A stretch of 57,417 bases of DNA from a virus (taxonomy: Duplodnaviria > Caudoviricetes): the IMG/VR virus record IMGVR_UViG_3300022897_000003, positions 1 through 57,417 of that record, one strand, 5' to 3'. How positions within the stretch are numbered: position 1 is the stretch's first letter; the number at the start of each line of letters is the position of its first letter. The position numbers and the translations under genes were made by a program. The notes beneath the pieces are model-generated. The model was not told where the DNA came from. It did not search any database and saw only the letters and a program-made list of their open reading frames with translations. Shown here in pieces: positions 8,660-18,160 of the stretch.

Positions 8660-9536
8660 GGTCGCGACCGCGCACGCCCGCGACCGGCTCGGCATGGTGG
8701 AGACGCTCGCCGACGAGGCCCAACGGGCGTGGCGACTGATCGACCCGGCCCGGATCGCCGACTCGTGGATCGCCCGGATGCTGCCGCTGCTGGTGACGTT
8801 GACCGGCGCGCAGCGGGTGGTGGCGGGCGAGGCTGACCGCTACCTGGATGCCGTGCTGGATGTCCAGGGATTGGACCCGGCGGCCGCGGCGCGGACGGTG
8901 CCGCAGTCGCTGTCCGGGGTCGCTTCGGACGGACGCACGCTGGACGGTCTGCTGTACCGGCCCGTCGTGACGACGCTGGAGCTGATCGGCGCCGGCACAG
9001 CGCTGAAGGATTCGCTGGCCGCCGGCGGATACCTGCTCGACAGGATCGTCCGCACGCAGGTGGCCGACGCCGGCCGCGCCGCCGATCTGGTGGCCACCAC
9101 CGCCCGGCGGCAGGCGAGCGGCTACGTGCGGATGCTGGTCGGCAGGTCATGCTCTCGCTGCATCGTCCTGGCGGGCCGCTGGTACCGCTACGACGCCGGC
9201 TTCAACCGGCATCCGAAGTGTGACTGCATAGGCATTCCCGGCAGAGAAGACACGGCCGGCGACGAGCGCACCGACCCCATGGCCTACTTCCACTCGCTGA
9301 GCCGCTCCGAGCAGGACGAGGCGTTCACTGCGGCCGGCGCAGAGGCGATCCGGTCGGGCGCCGACCTGGCAAAAGTCGTCAACGCCCGCCGGGGGATGGT
9401 CACGGCCGACGGGCGCCTCTTCACCACTGAGGCGGCCGGCCGTCGGCCTCGTCTCATGCCCGAGCAGATCCTGCGCGACGCGAGGGACCGCGACGACGCG
9501 ATCCGGCTGCTCCGGCTGCACAACTACCTGCGATGA
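8643..9536 (+). CDS. MuF-like/capsid maturation protein
   Basis: GVASDGRTL, CSRCIVLAG...FNRHPKCDC, RLMPEQI; after portal. Confidence 0.7.
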   Translation: MRALAEVATAHARDRLGMVETLADEAQRAWRLIDPARIADSWIARMLPLLVTLTGAQRVVAGEADRYLDAVLDVQGLDPAAAARTVPQSLSGVASDGRTLDGLLYRPVVTTLELIGAGTALKDSLAAGGYLLDRIVRTQVADAGRAADLVATTARRQASGYVRMLVGRSCSRCIVLAGRWYRYDAGFNRHPKCDCIGIPGREDTAGDERTDPMAYFHSLSRSEQDEAFTAAGAEAIRSGADLAKVVNARRGMVTADGRLFTTEAAGRRPRLMPEQILRDARDRDDAIRLLRLHNYLR

Positions 9537-9871
9537 CGGGAGACACCATGCGCCTCTGGCTGCGCCGTTTCCTCGGCGTCGAAGACCTGGCGGTCCGGAT
9601 CACCGGCCTGTCTCACAGCACTCACTTCCTAGGAGTTCGCATGGCCACCGCCACCGAGCAGCTCACCGCCCTGTCCACCAAGTTCGACGACTTCGCCGGC
9701 GACGTCCGTGCCGCCCTGGCCATCATCAACGACGACCAGCTGTCGCCGCAGGCGCAGGAGGCCCTCGACGGCCTGTCCGCGAAGCTCGCCGCGCTCGACA
9801 CCGAGGTCGGCGACGCCGACGGATCGGACACCCCGGCCGAGCCCACCGACGAGGACACCGACCAGTTCTGA
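9533..9871 (+). CDS. hypothetical coiled-coil protein (start uncertain, possibly 9640)
   Basis: Heptad-like acidic ORF; AGGAG before ATG 9640. Confidence 0.6.
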   Translation: MTGDTMRLWLRRFLGVEDLAVRITGLSHSTHFLGVRMATATEQLTALSTKFDDFAGDVRAALAIINDDQLSPQAQEALDGLSAKLAALDTEVGDADGSDTPAEPTDEDTDQF

Positions 9872-9880
9872 CGCAGCATC

Positions 9881-9954
9881 GCCGCCCGGCGCAATGCCGG
9901 GCGGCATCCCACCTGCCGAGCGCAACGCCCGGCCCCAGACCCCGCAACGGAGTC
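9881..9954 (+). promoter_or_regulatory. three tandem GCAA-containing hairpins in the scaffold leader; the third covers the SD
   Basis: Stems 9881-9905, 9915-9933, 9938-9954; GGAG 9949-9952 in the 3' arm. Confidence 0.65.
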
Positions 9955-9960
9955 AACGTA

Positions 9961-10704
9961 ATGAAGATTCAGCTCCCGGCCTTCGGACCGGACCTGCCCG
10001 TCCACCCCTTCACCGGCCTCACAGCGATCGGCCTGCGCCGCAACGGCGCCCCGATCTGGCCCGTGCGAGGCGGCGCCCCTGACGACGACGATGACGAGGG
10101 CGACGACTCCGGCGACGCCGACGGCAACGGGGAAGACGACGAAAAAGCCGACGACGGTCAGGGGGACCTGGGCGACGCCGGAAAGAAGGCCATCGACCGG
10201 ATGAAGGGCCAGCTCAAGACGAGCCGGTCTGCGCTGCGCCCGTGGACCGCACTGGCCACGGAGTTCGGCGCGAAAACGCCTGAGGAACTGCGGAACCTCC
10301 TGAAGGGCAAGAAGGCCGACGGTGGCGAGCAACTCGACCCGGAGCAGATCCGGCGGGAGGCCCGCGCCGAGGCGGATCGTGAGGTCGCTCGCGATCGGCT
10401 GCTCGACAAGATCGAAGCGAAGGCGGCGAAGTTCGCCGACCCGGCCGACGCGGCGGCGTTGCTGCTGCGCGAGCACGATCCCGAAGACTTCCTCGACGGC
10501 ATCAACGTCGATAGCGAGGCCATCGCGGAAGCACTCGAAGACCTCTTGCAGCGCAAGCCCTACCTGGGTGGCAAGAGGCAGGACGACGTGCGTAAGCCGA
10601 AGCCGGACAAGTCGCAGGGCAACCGCAGCGGCGCGAAGCTGTCCGCCGACGAGCGGGCCAAGAAGCGCCTGGAGCGCATGGGCTTGGCAAAGCCCGGTAC
10701 CTGA
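9961..10704 (+). CDS. capsid scaffolding protein
   Basis: Acidic linker, LGDAGKKAIDRMK, FADPADA, KPYL, PDKSQG; upstream of capsid genes. Confidence 0.85.
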   Translation: MKIQLPAFGPDLPVHPFTGLTAIGLRRNGAPIWPVRGGAPDDDDDEGDDSGDADGNGEDDEKADDGQGDLGDAGKKAIDRMKGQLKTSRSALRPWTALATEFGAKTPEELRNLLKGKKADGGEQLDPEQIRREARAEADREVARDRLLDKIEAKAAKFADPADAAALLLREHDPEDFLDGINVDSEAIAEALEDLLQRKPYLGGKRQDDVRKPKPDKSQGNRSGAKLSADERAKKRLERMGLAKPGT

Positions 10705-10756
10705 TCCATCCCCGTCCGCACCGCGCCGGGGTCAACACCCAGAAGGGATCACACCC

Positions 10757-11476
10757 ATGTACAGCGATCTCGGGGTGACGAAGACGACCCGGCGTGCCGG
10801 CGGCCCGACATGGGCCGGCGAGTTCCCGGTCGACTGTGCACCCATCACCCTCGACGCGGACGCGGTCCTGGCCGTCTACGCCGACGGCAACATCCCGTCC
10901 GGTGCCTGCATCGCCCAGGTCACCGCAACCGGCCGTTTCGCGCCCTACGGCGGCAGCAGCGAAGAGGTCCAGGCCGTCACGATCACCGGCACCCCCACCG
11001 GCGGCACCTACACGCTGACCTACAACGGGCAGACCACGGCCGCGATCCCCTATAACGCCACCGCCGCCCAGGTCCAGGCCGCCCTGGTCGCACTCAGCAA
11101 CATCGGCTCGGGCAACGTCACCGCTTCGGGCGGACCACAGCCCGGCAGCGCTATCTCGGTAACGTTCGTCGGCGCTCTGGCCAACACCAACGTCGCGCAG
11201 ATGACCGCGACCGGGTCACTGACCGGCGGTTCCTCCCCGGCCGTCGCGGTGACCACGTCCACCGCCGGTGGTGCCGACCTCGGCACCGGGGGCACCGAAG
11301 TCGCCAAGGGTTTCCTGGTCGCCGACAAGCAGGTCCGTGCGGGCCGGCACGTCGACGGCTCCCTCTACTACCGGGGCCGCGTTTACGAGGACCTGCTGCC
11401 GTCCAACGGCGGCTTCGACGCTCAGGCTCGCACCGAGCTCACGCCGAACATCTACTTCGACAAGGTGGGTGCCTGA
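10757..11476 (+). CDS. capsid decoration protein with inserted Thr/Gly-rich beta domain
   Basis: IPSG...TGRFAPY / GFL...GRVYEDLLP flanks interrupted by EVQAVTITGTPTGGTYTLTYNGQTT domain. Confidence 0.7.
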   Translation: MYSDLGVTKTTRRAGGPTWAGEFPVDCAPITLDADAVLAVYADGNIPSGACIAQVTATGRFAPYGGSSEEVQAVTITGTPTGGTYTLTYNGQTTAAIPYNATAAQVQAALVALSNIGSGNVTASGGPQPGSAISVTFVGALANTNVAQMTATGSLTGGSSPAVAVTTSTAGGADLGTGGTEVAKGFLVADKQVRAGRHVDGSLYYRGRVYEDLLPSNGGFDAQARTELTPNIYFDKVGA

Positions 11477-12540
11477 TGGCCACCATGGCTCTCGAGCTGA
11501 CCGATCCCGAGGAGCTCACTCTCGCGGCCCGGCAGATCCCGTTCCCGGCCGGCATCCTGCACCAGTGGCTGCCCACGCGCACCCGGCTGGACCACCGCTA
11601 CCGGTTCCGTCGGTCAGTTCGGTCCCTGCGCCGGGCGACGCCGTTCCGGCCGTGGAACACCCCGGCCGTGCCGCTGGACCGCGGCGACACCTCCGAGGTC
11701 ACGGGCCGTATGCTGCCCAACTCGGGCATCCTCTGGCTCGACGAGGAGAACGCGCAGCTGCTCGACGCCGCGCAGGCGGCCGGCGATGAGAACGCGATCG
11801 CCGCCCTGTTCGACGACGACCTGCTCACACTGACCCGCGGTGCTCTGCAGCGGGTCATGCTGGCCCAGGGTGAGGCGATCTGGTCGGGCAAGGTGACCGT
11901 CGGTACCCCGTCGGCGCCGGAGAACCGGCTGCAGCTCGGCTCGGTCGACTTCGGCATTCCGGCGCAGCACTTCTTCACCGCGCCAACGCTGTGGAACGCC
12001 GGGAGCCCGGACATCTTCGGGCAGATGGACTCCCACAAGACGGTGTACAAGACCACCACGGGTGGCGAGGTGCTGCCGGGCGTCGCGATCATCTCGACTC
12101 GCATTCTGAACGTCTTCCTCAAGGACCCGGACTTCCGCAACATCTTCGGTTCGCTACTCGGCGCCCCGCCGTCGATCGGCGTATCGAGCGTCCGTCAGGC
12201 CCTGGCCGACCGGGAACTCCCACGGCTGATCGTCGACGACACCGCCGTTCCGGACCACACCGGCGTGATGCGCCGGCAGATTCCGGACGACCGGATCGTC
12301 TATCTGCCCGAAACGCCCGGGCAGCCGGGCGGCCAGGCGGTCGGCCAGACACAGTGGGGCACGACGGAGGAGGCCAAGCACCTCACTCGCGCCCAGGCGC
12401 TCGCCCAGGAGAACGCGCCCGGGCTGGTCGCCGTGCCGATGGAGTCCGAGAACCCGGTCCACCGGGGCACCCTGGTCACCGGCATCGTGATGCCGGTGGT
12501 CACCGACCCGGATCTGATCATGAGCGTGAAGGTGCTCTGA
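11476..12540 (+). CDS. major capsid protein
   Basis: 354 aa, VDFGIP, GQTQWG, MPV..DPD C-terminus (phage cap_E-like); synteny. Confidence 0.88.
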   Translation: MATMALELTDPEELTLAARQIPFPAGILHQWLPTRTRLDHRYRFRRSVRSLRRATPFRPWNTPAVPLDRGDTSEVTGRMLPNSGILWLDEENAQLLDAAQAAGDENAIAALFDDDLLTLTRGALQRVMLAQGEAIWSGKVTVGTPSAPENRLQLGSVDFGIPAQHFFTAPTLWNAGSPDIFGQMDSHKTVYKTTTGGEVLPGVAIISTRILNVFLKDPDFRNIFGSLLGAPPSIGVSSVRQALADRELPRLIVDDTAVPDHTGVMRRQIPDDRIVYLPETPGQPGGQAVGQTQWGTTEEAKHLTRAQALAQENAPGLVAVPMESENPVHRGTLVTGIVMPVVTDPDLIMSVKVL

Positions 12541-12542
12541 CC

Positions 12543-12929
12543 ATGCCGAAGCTGATCGACAACACCGTGGTCGTGCATCCGAAGACCGGCTCGCCGGTCC
12601 TCCTCGCCGCGACCGGCGAGCTTCCGGACTGGGCCGTCGGGCTCGTCGGCGACCACCTCCTCGACGGGACGCCGGCAAAGCCCGCCCGCTCGGCGCGCGA
12701 AGACGACGAGGTCGCCCGGCTCAAGGCTCGGATCGCCGAGCTGGAGCAGGCGCAAGCGGCGGCCGACGCGCCCGGCTCCGAGTCGAAGGTCCCGCCGCGG
12801 CAGGGCCCGGGATCCGGAGCCGACAAGTGGCGGGCGTACGCGAAGTCCGTTGGGGTCGAGGTCGGCGAGGACGCGTCTCGCGACGACGTGATCGCCGCCC
12901 TCGAAGCGGCGGGCAAGCCCACCAAGTAG
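12543..12929 (+). CDS. head-associated protein
   Basis: LPDWA...PPRQGPGSGADKWRAYA...SRDDVIAAL, typical of post-capsid genes. Confidence 0.65.
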   Translation: MPKLIDNTVVVHPKTGSPVLLAATGELPDWAVGLVGDHLLDGTPAKPARSAREDDEVARLKARIAELEQAQAAADAPGSESKVPPRQGPGSGADKWRAYAKSVGVEVGEDASRDDVIAALEAAGKPTK

Positions 12930-12933
12930 ACGT

Positions 12934-12978
12934 CCGGCCCGGTCGGGGCACCACGCGGCCGCGTGCCGACCGGGCCGG
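12934..12978 (+). terminator. GC-rich inverted repeat after the capsid block
   Basis: CCGGCCCGGTCGG...CCGACCGGGCCGG. Confidence 0.5.
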
Positions 12979-13004
12979 ATCCACCTGCTAGCGGGGGGCT
13001 TGTT

Positions 13005-13424
13005 GTGCCTGAGCTGTTCGAACTGACCGAGCTCGTCTCGCTCATGCAGATCCCGGAATTCGACGCCTTCACCGCCCAGTTGCTGCGCGAGCTGACCACC
13101 ATCGAGATCCGGAACGAGGTCGGTGCGGCGGTCTACGACGCCTTCACCGACCTGTCCCCGTTCAAGGGTCTGGCCCTGGCCGTGGCCAAGCGGGCTGCTT
13201 TGAACCCGACCGGTGTTCGATCGAGCAGCGCGAGCGTCGACGACTACACGGAGAACATCACTTTCGCGGCCGAGACGCTGTACGACGTCGAGCTGACCGA
13301 CGCTGACCGCGACCGTATCGGCAGGATCGTCGGTCGGCTTCTAGGCCGCTCCAGCGAGGCCTTCACGATCCGGCCGGCCGGCCGGGCCGACACGGTCCTC
13401 AGGTCGGCTTGGCCCCGCTGCTGA
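13005..13424 (+). CDS. head-to-tail adaptor
   Basis: RAALNPTGVRS..VDDY...AFTIRP; synteny. Confidence 0.75.
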   Translation: MPELFELTELVSLMQIPEFDAFTAQLLRELTTIEIRNEVGAAVYDAFTDLSPFKGLALAVAKRAALNPTGVRSSSASVDDYTENITFAAETLYDVELTDADRDRIGRIVGRLLGRSSEAFTIRPAGRADTVLRSAWPRC

Positions 13425-13455
13425 CCGGACCGGCAATCGGTAGAGCGGGGGCCCG

Positions 13456-14913
13456 GTGACGATCGTCAACAGCGCCAACGGGATCTCGGCGCGGAACGGC
13501 ACGACGACTCACACCATCTCGTTCGGATTCACCAGCACTGCCGGAAACCTGCTGGTCTTCGTTGTCGCCGGCGCGGTCACCCACACCAACGCTGGCTGGA
13601 CAGAGCAGCTTCAGCCGGTCAACTCCGGCGAGCTGTCGGTCTTCACCAAGACCAGCACCGGTGACTCGTCGTTCACCGACACGGTCAACGGATCGAACTA
13701 CCCGTTGGCCTGGCAGGTTTGGGAGTTCAGTGCCGGCTCGTCCTACGTCGCCGGGGTCAGCAACAACAACGTCTCCCGAGGTACCAGCGGAGCTGCGACC
13801 AACTGGGGGAACACTCTCACCGGCCTGCCCGGCACGGCGGTGCGAGTCATCGCCGCCAACAGCGACACACAGACCGCCGGCGGCGTGGTGTCGATGTCCT
13901 CGGCCTGGACCAGCCCTTTCTCGGGCGTCGCCGACGTCGGCACCCCCGCGGCGTCAGGAACCGACGGCGTCTCGCTGTGCATTGGCCAGGCGACCGGGGT
14001 AACCGCTACCTCGATCCTGCCGAACTGGTCTCCGACCTGGTCGAACGGCACCGGCACCGGCTGGTCCTTCGACATGCAGCAGATCCTGTTCGCGATCGCC
14101 GAGCCATCCGGCGGCGTCGCCGCTTCCGGCACCGTGATCGGTGTGGCCTCGACCCGTGCAACCAGTTCCAAGGTCGTTGCGGCGGCCGGTCGCTGCATAG
14201 CGGTGGCAACGGCCAACGCAGCTGCTCGGAAGGTCCAATCCTCGACTGCTGTCGTCGTTGTGGGCGCGACAGGCCGCGCTGCTGCGCTTCACGTCGCGCC
14301 CGCATCCGCGCGAAGCATCGGGGCGCTCTCCGCTGCCTCGGTAACCAAGCACGTGGCGCCGATCTCGGGTCGCTCGACCATAGTCGGCTCGGCCGCGGCT
14401 CTCGCCCTCAAGAAGACTGCCGTCATCGGCACCGTCCGCGGCGCTGTCACCGCGGTCGCTACTTCCACCTCCGGCTCGGCCCGGCCCGCGGTAGCACGGT
14501 GTGTAGCGGCGCCGGTCGTTACCGCCTCGACGGGCAAGATCGCTCGCCCGGCTGGTTCGGTGGTCGCCGCGGCAGCGCTGCGATCAGCTAGCACTCACCG
14601 GACGCCTGCTGCTGCAACGACGGTTGCCGCCGCGACAACGCGGGCAGCCAGCACCCGGCGCACGCCTGCCGTAGCCGCCGTCAGGGCCGCGGGCGTGGTC
14701 CGAGGTGTCGCGGCGAAGCGCGCCACCGCAACCGGATCGGTTGTCGCGCTGGTCACCGCCGGCGGCTTCGGCGGCCAGCTCGGCAGCACACGCCCCGCGG
14801 TCGCACGGTGCGTGGGCGGGGCTGTCGCTTACGGCCGGTTCCGCCGCATGATCCAGCGTCCGAATTCCGGAACCACGATTCGCCCCTTTGCGGGCATCAC
14901 ATACCGCCCCTAG
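13456..14913 (+). CDS. putative virion fibre/appendage protein with Ala/Thr/Val-rich repetitive C-terminal half
   Basis: N-terminal beta-rich domain; repeated RPAVARCV; located in the neck cluster. Confidence 0.55.
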   Translation: MTIVNSANGISARNGTTTHTISFGFTSTAGNLLVFVVAGAVTHTNAGWTEQLQPVNSGELSVFTKTSTGDSSFTDTVNGSNYPLAWQVWEFSAGSSYVAGVSNNNVSRGTSGAATNWGNTLTGLPGTAVRVIAANSDTQTAGGVVSMSSAWTSPFSGVADVGTPAASGTDGVSLCIGQATGVTATSILPNWSPTWSNGTGTGWSFDMQQILFAIAEPSGGVAASGTVIGVASTRATSSKVVAAAGRCIAVATANAAARKVQSSTAVVVVGATGRAAALHVAPASARSIGALSAASVTKHVAPISGRSTIVGSAAALALKKTAVIGTVRGAVTAVATSTSGSARPAVARCVAAPVVTASTGKIARPAGSVVAAAALRSASTHRTPAAATTVAAATTRAASTRRTPAVAAVRAAGVVRGVAAKRATATGSVVALVTAGGFGGQLGSTRPAVARCVGGAVAYGRFRRMIQRPNSGTTIRPFAGITYRP

Positions 14914-14921
14914 GAGAAGCG

Positions 14922-15572
14922 ATGCCGTTCAACACCACCGCCAAGAACGAGATGTTGGACGCGCTCGACGAGTCCAACACGAAGATCACTCATGTCGCGG
15001 TCTGGCAGCTCACCGACCCTGGTACCGGCACCAACGCGACCGGCACCGAGGCGACCGGTGGCTCACCGGCGTACGCCCGGCAGGCGGTCACGTGGGGTGC
15101 GGCGGCGTCGGAGGTCAAGCAGAACAGTGGCGCGCTCACCTTCGACGTGCCGGCCGGAACGTACGGCTACTTCTGCTTCTTCAACGCCAGCACGGGCAAC
15201 ACCAACAACTACCGCGGTTATGCGCCGATCAACGGCACGGTGCGGGGTTTCTTCGCCGTCGACACCACGCTGACCAATGACCAGTTCCTGTCGCCCGCTC
15301 ATGGCCTGGCCAACGGCGACCGGGTCATGCTCTTCAACGCCTTCGGTACCGCGCTGCCGACCGGAGTCTCCGAGGGCACCGTCTACTTCGTGGTCAACGC
15401 CACGACCGACACCTTCAAGGTGTCGACCACCTCCGGCGGAACAGCGGTGGACCTGACCGCGGTCGGCGGCGGCGAGGGCTACTTCGAGAAGGTCATCCCG
15501 GAGACGTTTGCTTCCCAGGGACAGCTGACCGTCGCGATCAGCGCGCTGACGCTCGACCTCACCGCCGTCTGA
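14922..15572 (+). CDS. virion structural protein (fibre/collar-like)
   Basis: EATGGSPAYARQAVTW...FDVPAGT; insert AHGLANGDRV...TVYFVVNATTDTFKVS. Confidence 0.6.
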   Translation: MPFNTTAKNEMLDALDESNTKITHVAVWQLTDPGTGTNATGTEATGGSPAYARQAVTWGAAASEVKQNSGALTFDVPAGTYGYFCFFNASTGNTNNYRGYAPINGTVRGFFAVDTTLTNDQFLSPAHGLANGDRVMLFNAFGTALPTGVSEGTVYFVVNATTDTFKVSTTSGGTAVDLTAVGGGEGYFEKVIPETFASQGQLTVAISALTLDLTAV

Positions 15573-15573
15573 G

Positions 15574-15972
15574 ATGCTCCGCGAGGACGTCCTCCGCCGC
15601 GCCCAGACCATGGCCGTCGCCGGCATGCGAGACACCTGCACGATCCGCCGGCCGACCGCCCCGACCGAGGACCTGGACACGGGCGAGGTCACCAAGACCT
15701 ACCTCAGCCCGGACCCGTACGCCGGGCCGTGCCGGATACAACAGGCCATCGCCCAGGCCCAGCAGCAGGACGTCGGCGAGGACTACCAGCTGCTGGTCCG
15801 TTTCGAGCTGCAGCTGCCGATGACGGTGACCGGCATCCAGGTCCGCGACGAGGTCACCATCACCGCCTCACGTGACCCGGATCTGGTCGGCCGGGTATTC
15901 CTGGTTCGCGACCTCTTCCACAAGACCGACGCCTCGGCCAGGCGCATCGGCGTGACCGAGAAGACGGACTGA
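15574..15972 (+). CDS. head-tail stopper/connector (DUF6093-like)
   Basis: MRDTCTIRR...YAGPCRIQ...DPDLVGRVF...ARR. Confidence 0.75.
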   Translation: MLREDVLRRAQTMAVAGMRDTCTIRRPTAPTEDLDTGEVTKTYLSPDPYAGPCRIQQAIAQAQQQDVGEDYQLLVRFELQLPMTVTGIQVRDEVTITASRDPDLVGRVFLVRDLFHKTDASARRIGVTEKTD

Positions 15973-16400
15973 TGGCCGAGGTCAGGGTCATCGGGATCGA
16001 CGGCCCCAACGGGCTCAAGGGTCTGATCGCCGACCTGGAGCGAGCCGCGGCCGTCACCCCGGTCGAAACCCGCAAGGTGCTTCAAAAGGGTGCGTTGAAC
16101 GTCAAGACGGGTGCGCAGGCGAGATCTCGCGGCATCGGGCACGCGCCGATGTATCCGAGCACGATCACTTACGACACCACGGAGAAGGGCTGGACCTTCG
16201 AGGCGGAGATCGGCCCTGACCCGGACAAGCAGCTTGGCGGTGGACGGCACCGTACGCCTGGCAACCTCGGCGCGATCCTCGAGTACGGCACGCCGCACAG
16301 CGCGCCCATTCCTCACCTGGGCCCGGCTCTCGAGGAAGAGCGGCCCAAGTTCGAGCGCGCGCTCGAGGATCTGGGCTACCGGTCGCTGGAGGGCCTGTGA
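15972..16400 (+). CDS. tail completion protein (HK97 gp10-like)
   Basis: AEIGP...ILEYGT..SAPIPHLGPAL. Confidence 0.75.
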   Translation: MAEVRVIGIDGPNGLKGLIADLERAAAVTPVETRKVLQKGALNVKTGAQARSRGIGHAPMYPSTITYDTTEKGWTFEAEIGPDPDKQLGGGRHRTPGNLGAILEYGTPHSAPIPHLGPALEEERPKFERALEDLGYRSLEGL

Positions 16401-16807
16401 ACATCCTCCAGCTGCACGCCAGAGTCTTCCTCGATCTGCTCAACGCCGACGACGAGCTCGAAGTTGTGCACGGCCAGGTGACGAAGCCTCTGCCGTATGT
16501 CGCCGTCCACTTCGCGTTCCGCACGCCGTCGGGCACGAACGAACCGCAGAAGGTCGGCAAGGAAGCCACCTCGGACGTGCTGACCACCATCGCCTATCTC
16601 CACGGCGTCGGCGAGACCCCAATGACGGCGCTAGCGGTGGCCGGCCGGGCCCGGGCCGCACTGCTCGGCATCTTCCCGACCGTGGCGGGCCGGGTCTGCT
16701 ACCCGATCGAGCACGTCGACGGGCCCCCGATGCAGCGCGACGAGCAGACCTTGGACAACGCCTTCGACCAGGTCGATGTCTACCAGTTCACCAGCCAGCC
16801 CGGCTGA
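16397..16807 (+). CDS. tail terminator
   Basis: V.HG...PYVAV...RARAALLG; synteny. Confidence 0.7.
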   Translation: MNILQLHARVFLDLLNADDELEVVHGQVTKPLPYVAVHFAFRTPSGTNEPQKVGKEATSDVLTTIAYLHGVGETPMTALAVAGRARAALLGIFPTVAGRVCYPIEHVDGPPMQRDEQTLDNAFDQVDVYQFTSQPG

Positions 16808-16853
16808 TCCTGCTCACCATCCTGCCCATCACCTAGAAAAGGGTGCGCCCTCC

Positions 16854-17192
16854 ATGACGCAGCAGAACAGCGCGCCGGCCATTTCGGCGGGCGCATTCAC
16901 CACACCGGCGCCGATTACGCCGCAGACAACCGAGACGTTCGCTCAGGGCTGCTTCGGCACCCAGGGCATGCGGATGCGGATCAAGACCACCGGCACCCTG
17001 ACCAACGTCACGGTGCTCGACCCCGGCCAGACGCCATCGAGCAACCCGGGAGCGCCGGCGGCCCAGCCCACCCCGGCAACGGGCGAGCGCGAGCTGCTGG
17101 TGCCGAACAGCGCGGTCAATCCGGCGACCGGCCTGGCGACCGTCACGTTCTCGTCGATCACCGGCGTGACCTACGAGATCTACCGCTACTAG
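16854..17192 (+). CDS. hypothetical virion protein
   Basis: Thr/Gly-rich ORF in the tail cluster. Confidence 0.6.
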   Translation: MTQQNSAPAISAGAFTTPAPITPQTTETFAQGCFGTQGMRMRIKTTGTLTNVTVLDPGQTPSSNPGAPAAQPTPATGERELLVPNSAVNPATGLATVTFSSITGVTYEIYRY

Positions 17193-17204
17193 GGAGCTGC
17201 GGCG

Positions 17205-17558
17205 ATGACCGAGAAGAACACGTACTGGATGACCGACCCGCAAACCGGCTACAGCGCCCTGATCACCGGCGCGGCCGAGCGGGACCGCTGGGCCGCCCAG
17301 GGCTACAACGAGGCCGACGAGCCGACCACCGGCTTCGTGCACGTCTGGCACGAGGGCATTGAACTCCCCGGGAGCCTGCCGGTCGAGGCGCTGAGCCAGG
17401 TCTTCTCGCAGCTCGGCTGGGTTCCCGGCCCGCCACCCGGCGGCGTGCGGCCCGCCGCCGCGTCTCCCGCCGACGAATCCGACGCGCCCGCGAAGGCCAC
17501 GCCCGCGGCCGCGAAATCCACCAGCAGGACCGCCGCCGGCGGCGAGGAGAAGGAGTAA
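17205..17558 (+). CDS. hypothetical protein
   Basis: GGGAG RBS; Ala/Lys-rich tail. Confidence 0.6.
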   Translation: MTEKNTYWMTDPQTGYSALITGAAERDRWAAQGYNEADEPTTGFVHVWHEGIELPGSLPVEALSQVFSQLGWVPGPPPGGVRPAAASPADESDAPAKATPAAAKSTSRTAAGGEEKE

Positions 17559-17561
17559 CTC

Positions 17562-18041
17562 ATGACGGTTGTCATCGGCGACGGCAAGGAGCGGTGGGAC
17601 TGGGTCCTGTCGATCGCCAATCCCGCCGCCCCCACGGCCGCCGAGCTGAACGGCGGCACCCGGCTCAGCCAGTGGATGACCAAGGACGGGGCCACCGGTT
17701 TCGGTGCCGACACGGCCGACGCGCCGACGTCGTCCAAGGAAGCGAAGTTCGCCACCGCGGTCAACGGCATGCGATCGCTGAACAACCCGCGGCTGCGGAT
17801 GATGAAGCAGACCGGCACCGACACGGGCTACATCGCGATGACGACCGACGCCTTCGGCTTCCTCGTCCGGCGCAACTCGCTCGACGCGACCACCGCCTAC
17901 TCGAGCGGCCAGAAGGTCGACGTCTTCAGCGTGCAGCTCAGCCAGAAGACCAAAGTCGACCAGGACGACAACATGCCCGAGCGCTATGACGTCCCGGTCA
18001 AGCTGCAGGCCGACCCGAACTACGACGCCACGGTCGCCTGA
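17562..18041 (+). CDS. major tail protein
   Basis: WVLSIANPAAPTAAELNGG...GFLVRR...GQKVDVF; followed by terminator and chaperone. Confidence 0.8.
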   Translation: MTVVIGDGKERWDWVLSIANPAAPTAAELNGGTRLSQWMTKDGATGFGADTADAPTSSKEAKFATAVNGMRSLNNPRLRMMKQTGTDTGYIAMTTDAFGFLVRRNSLDATTAYSSGQKVDVFSVQLSQKTKVDQDDNMPERYDVPVKLQADPNYDATVA

Positions 18042-18069
18042 TCTTCCGAACTTCTTCCTCACTTCTTCC

Positions 18070-18094
18070 GCCACCTCGATCGGGGTGGCTTTTT
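18070..18094 (+). terminator. rho-independent terminator
   Basis: GCCACCTCG-AT-CGGGGTGGC-TTTTT. Confidence 0.75.
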
Positions 18095-18160
18095 CGTGCC
18101 CGGCCGGCGCTACCCGACGCCGGCCGGGCGCCTCCTTCGGGTATCGGGGCAAGGAGAACA

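Noticed and set aside
4388-8695. 1435-aa minus-strand ORF as one giant protein
   Set aside because: Only 5434-4388 is protein-like and has an RBS; the rest is the stop-free antisense shadow of terL and portal in high-GC DNA.
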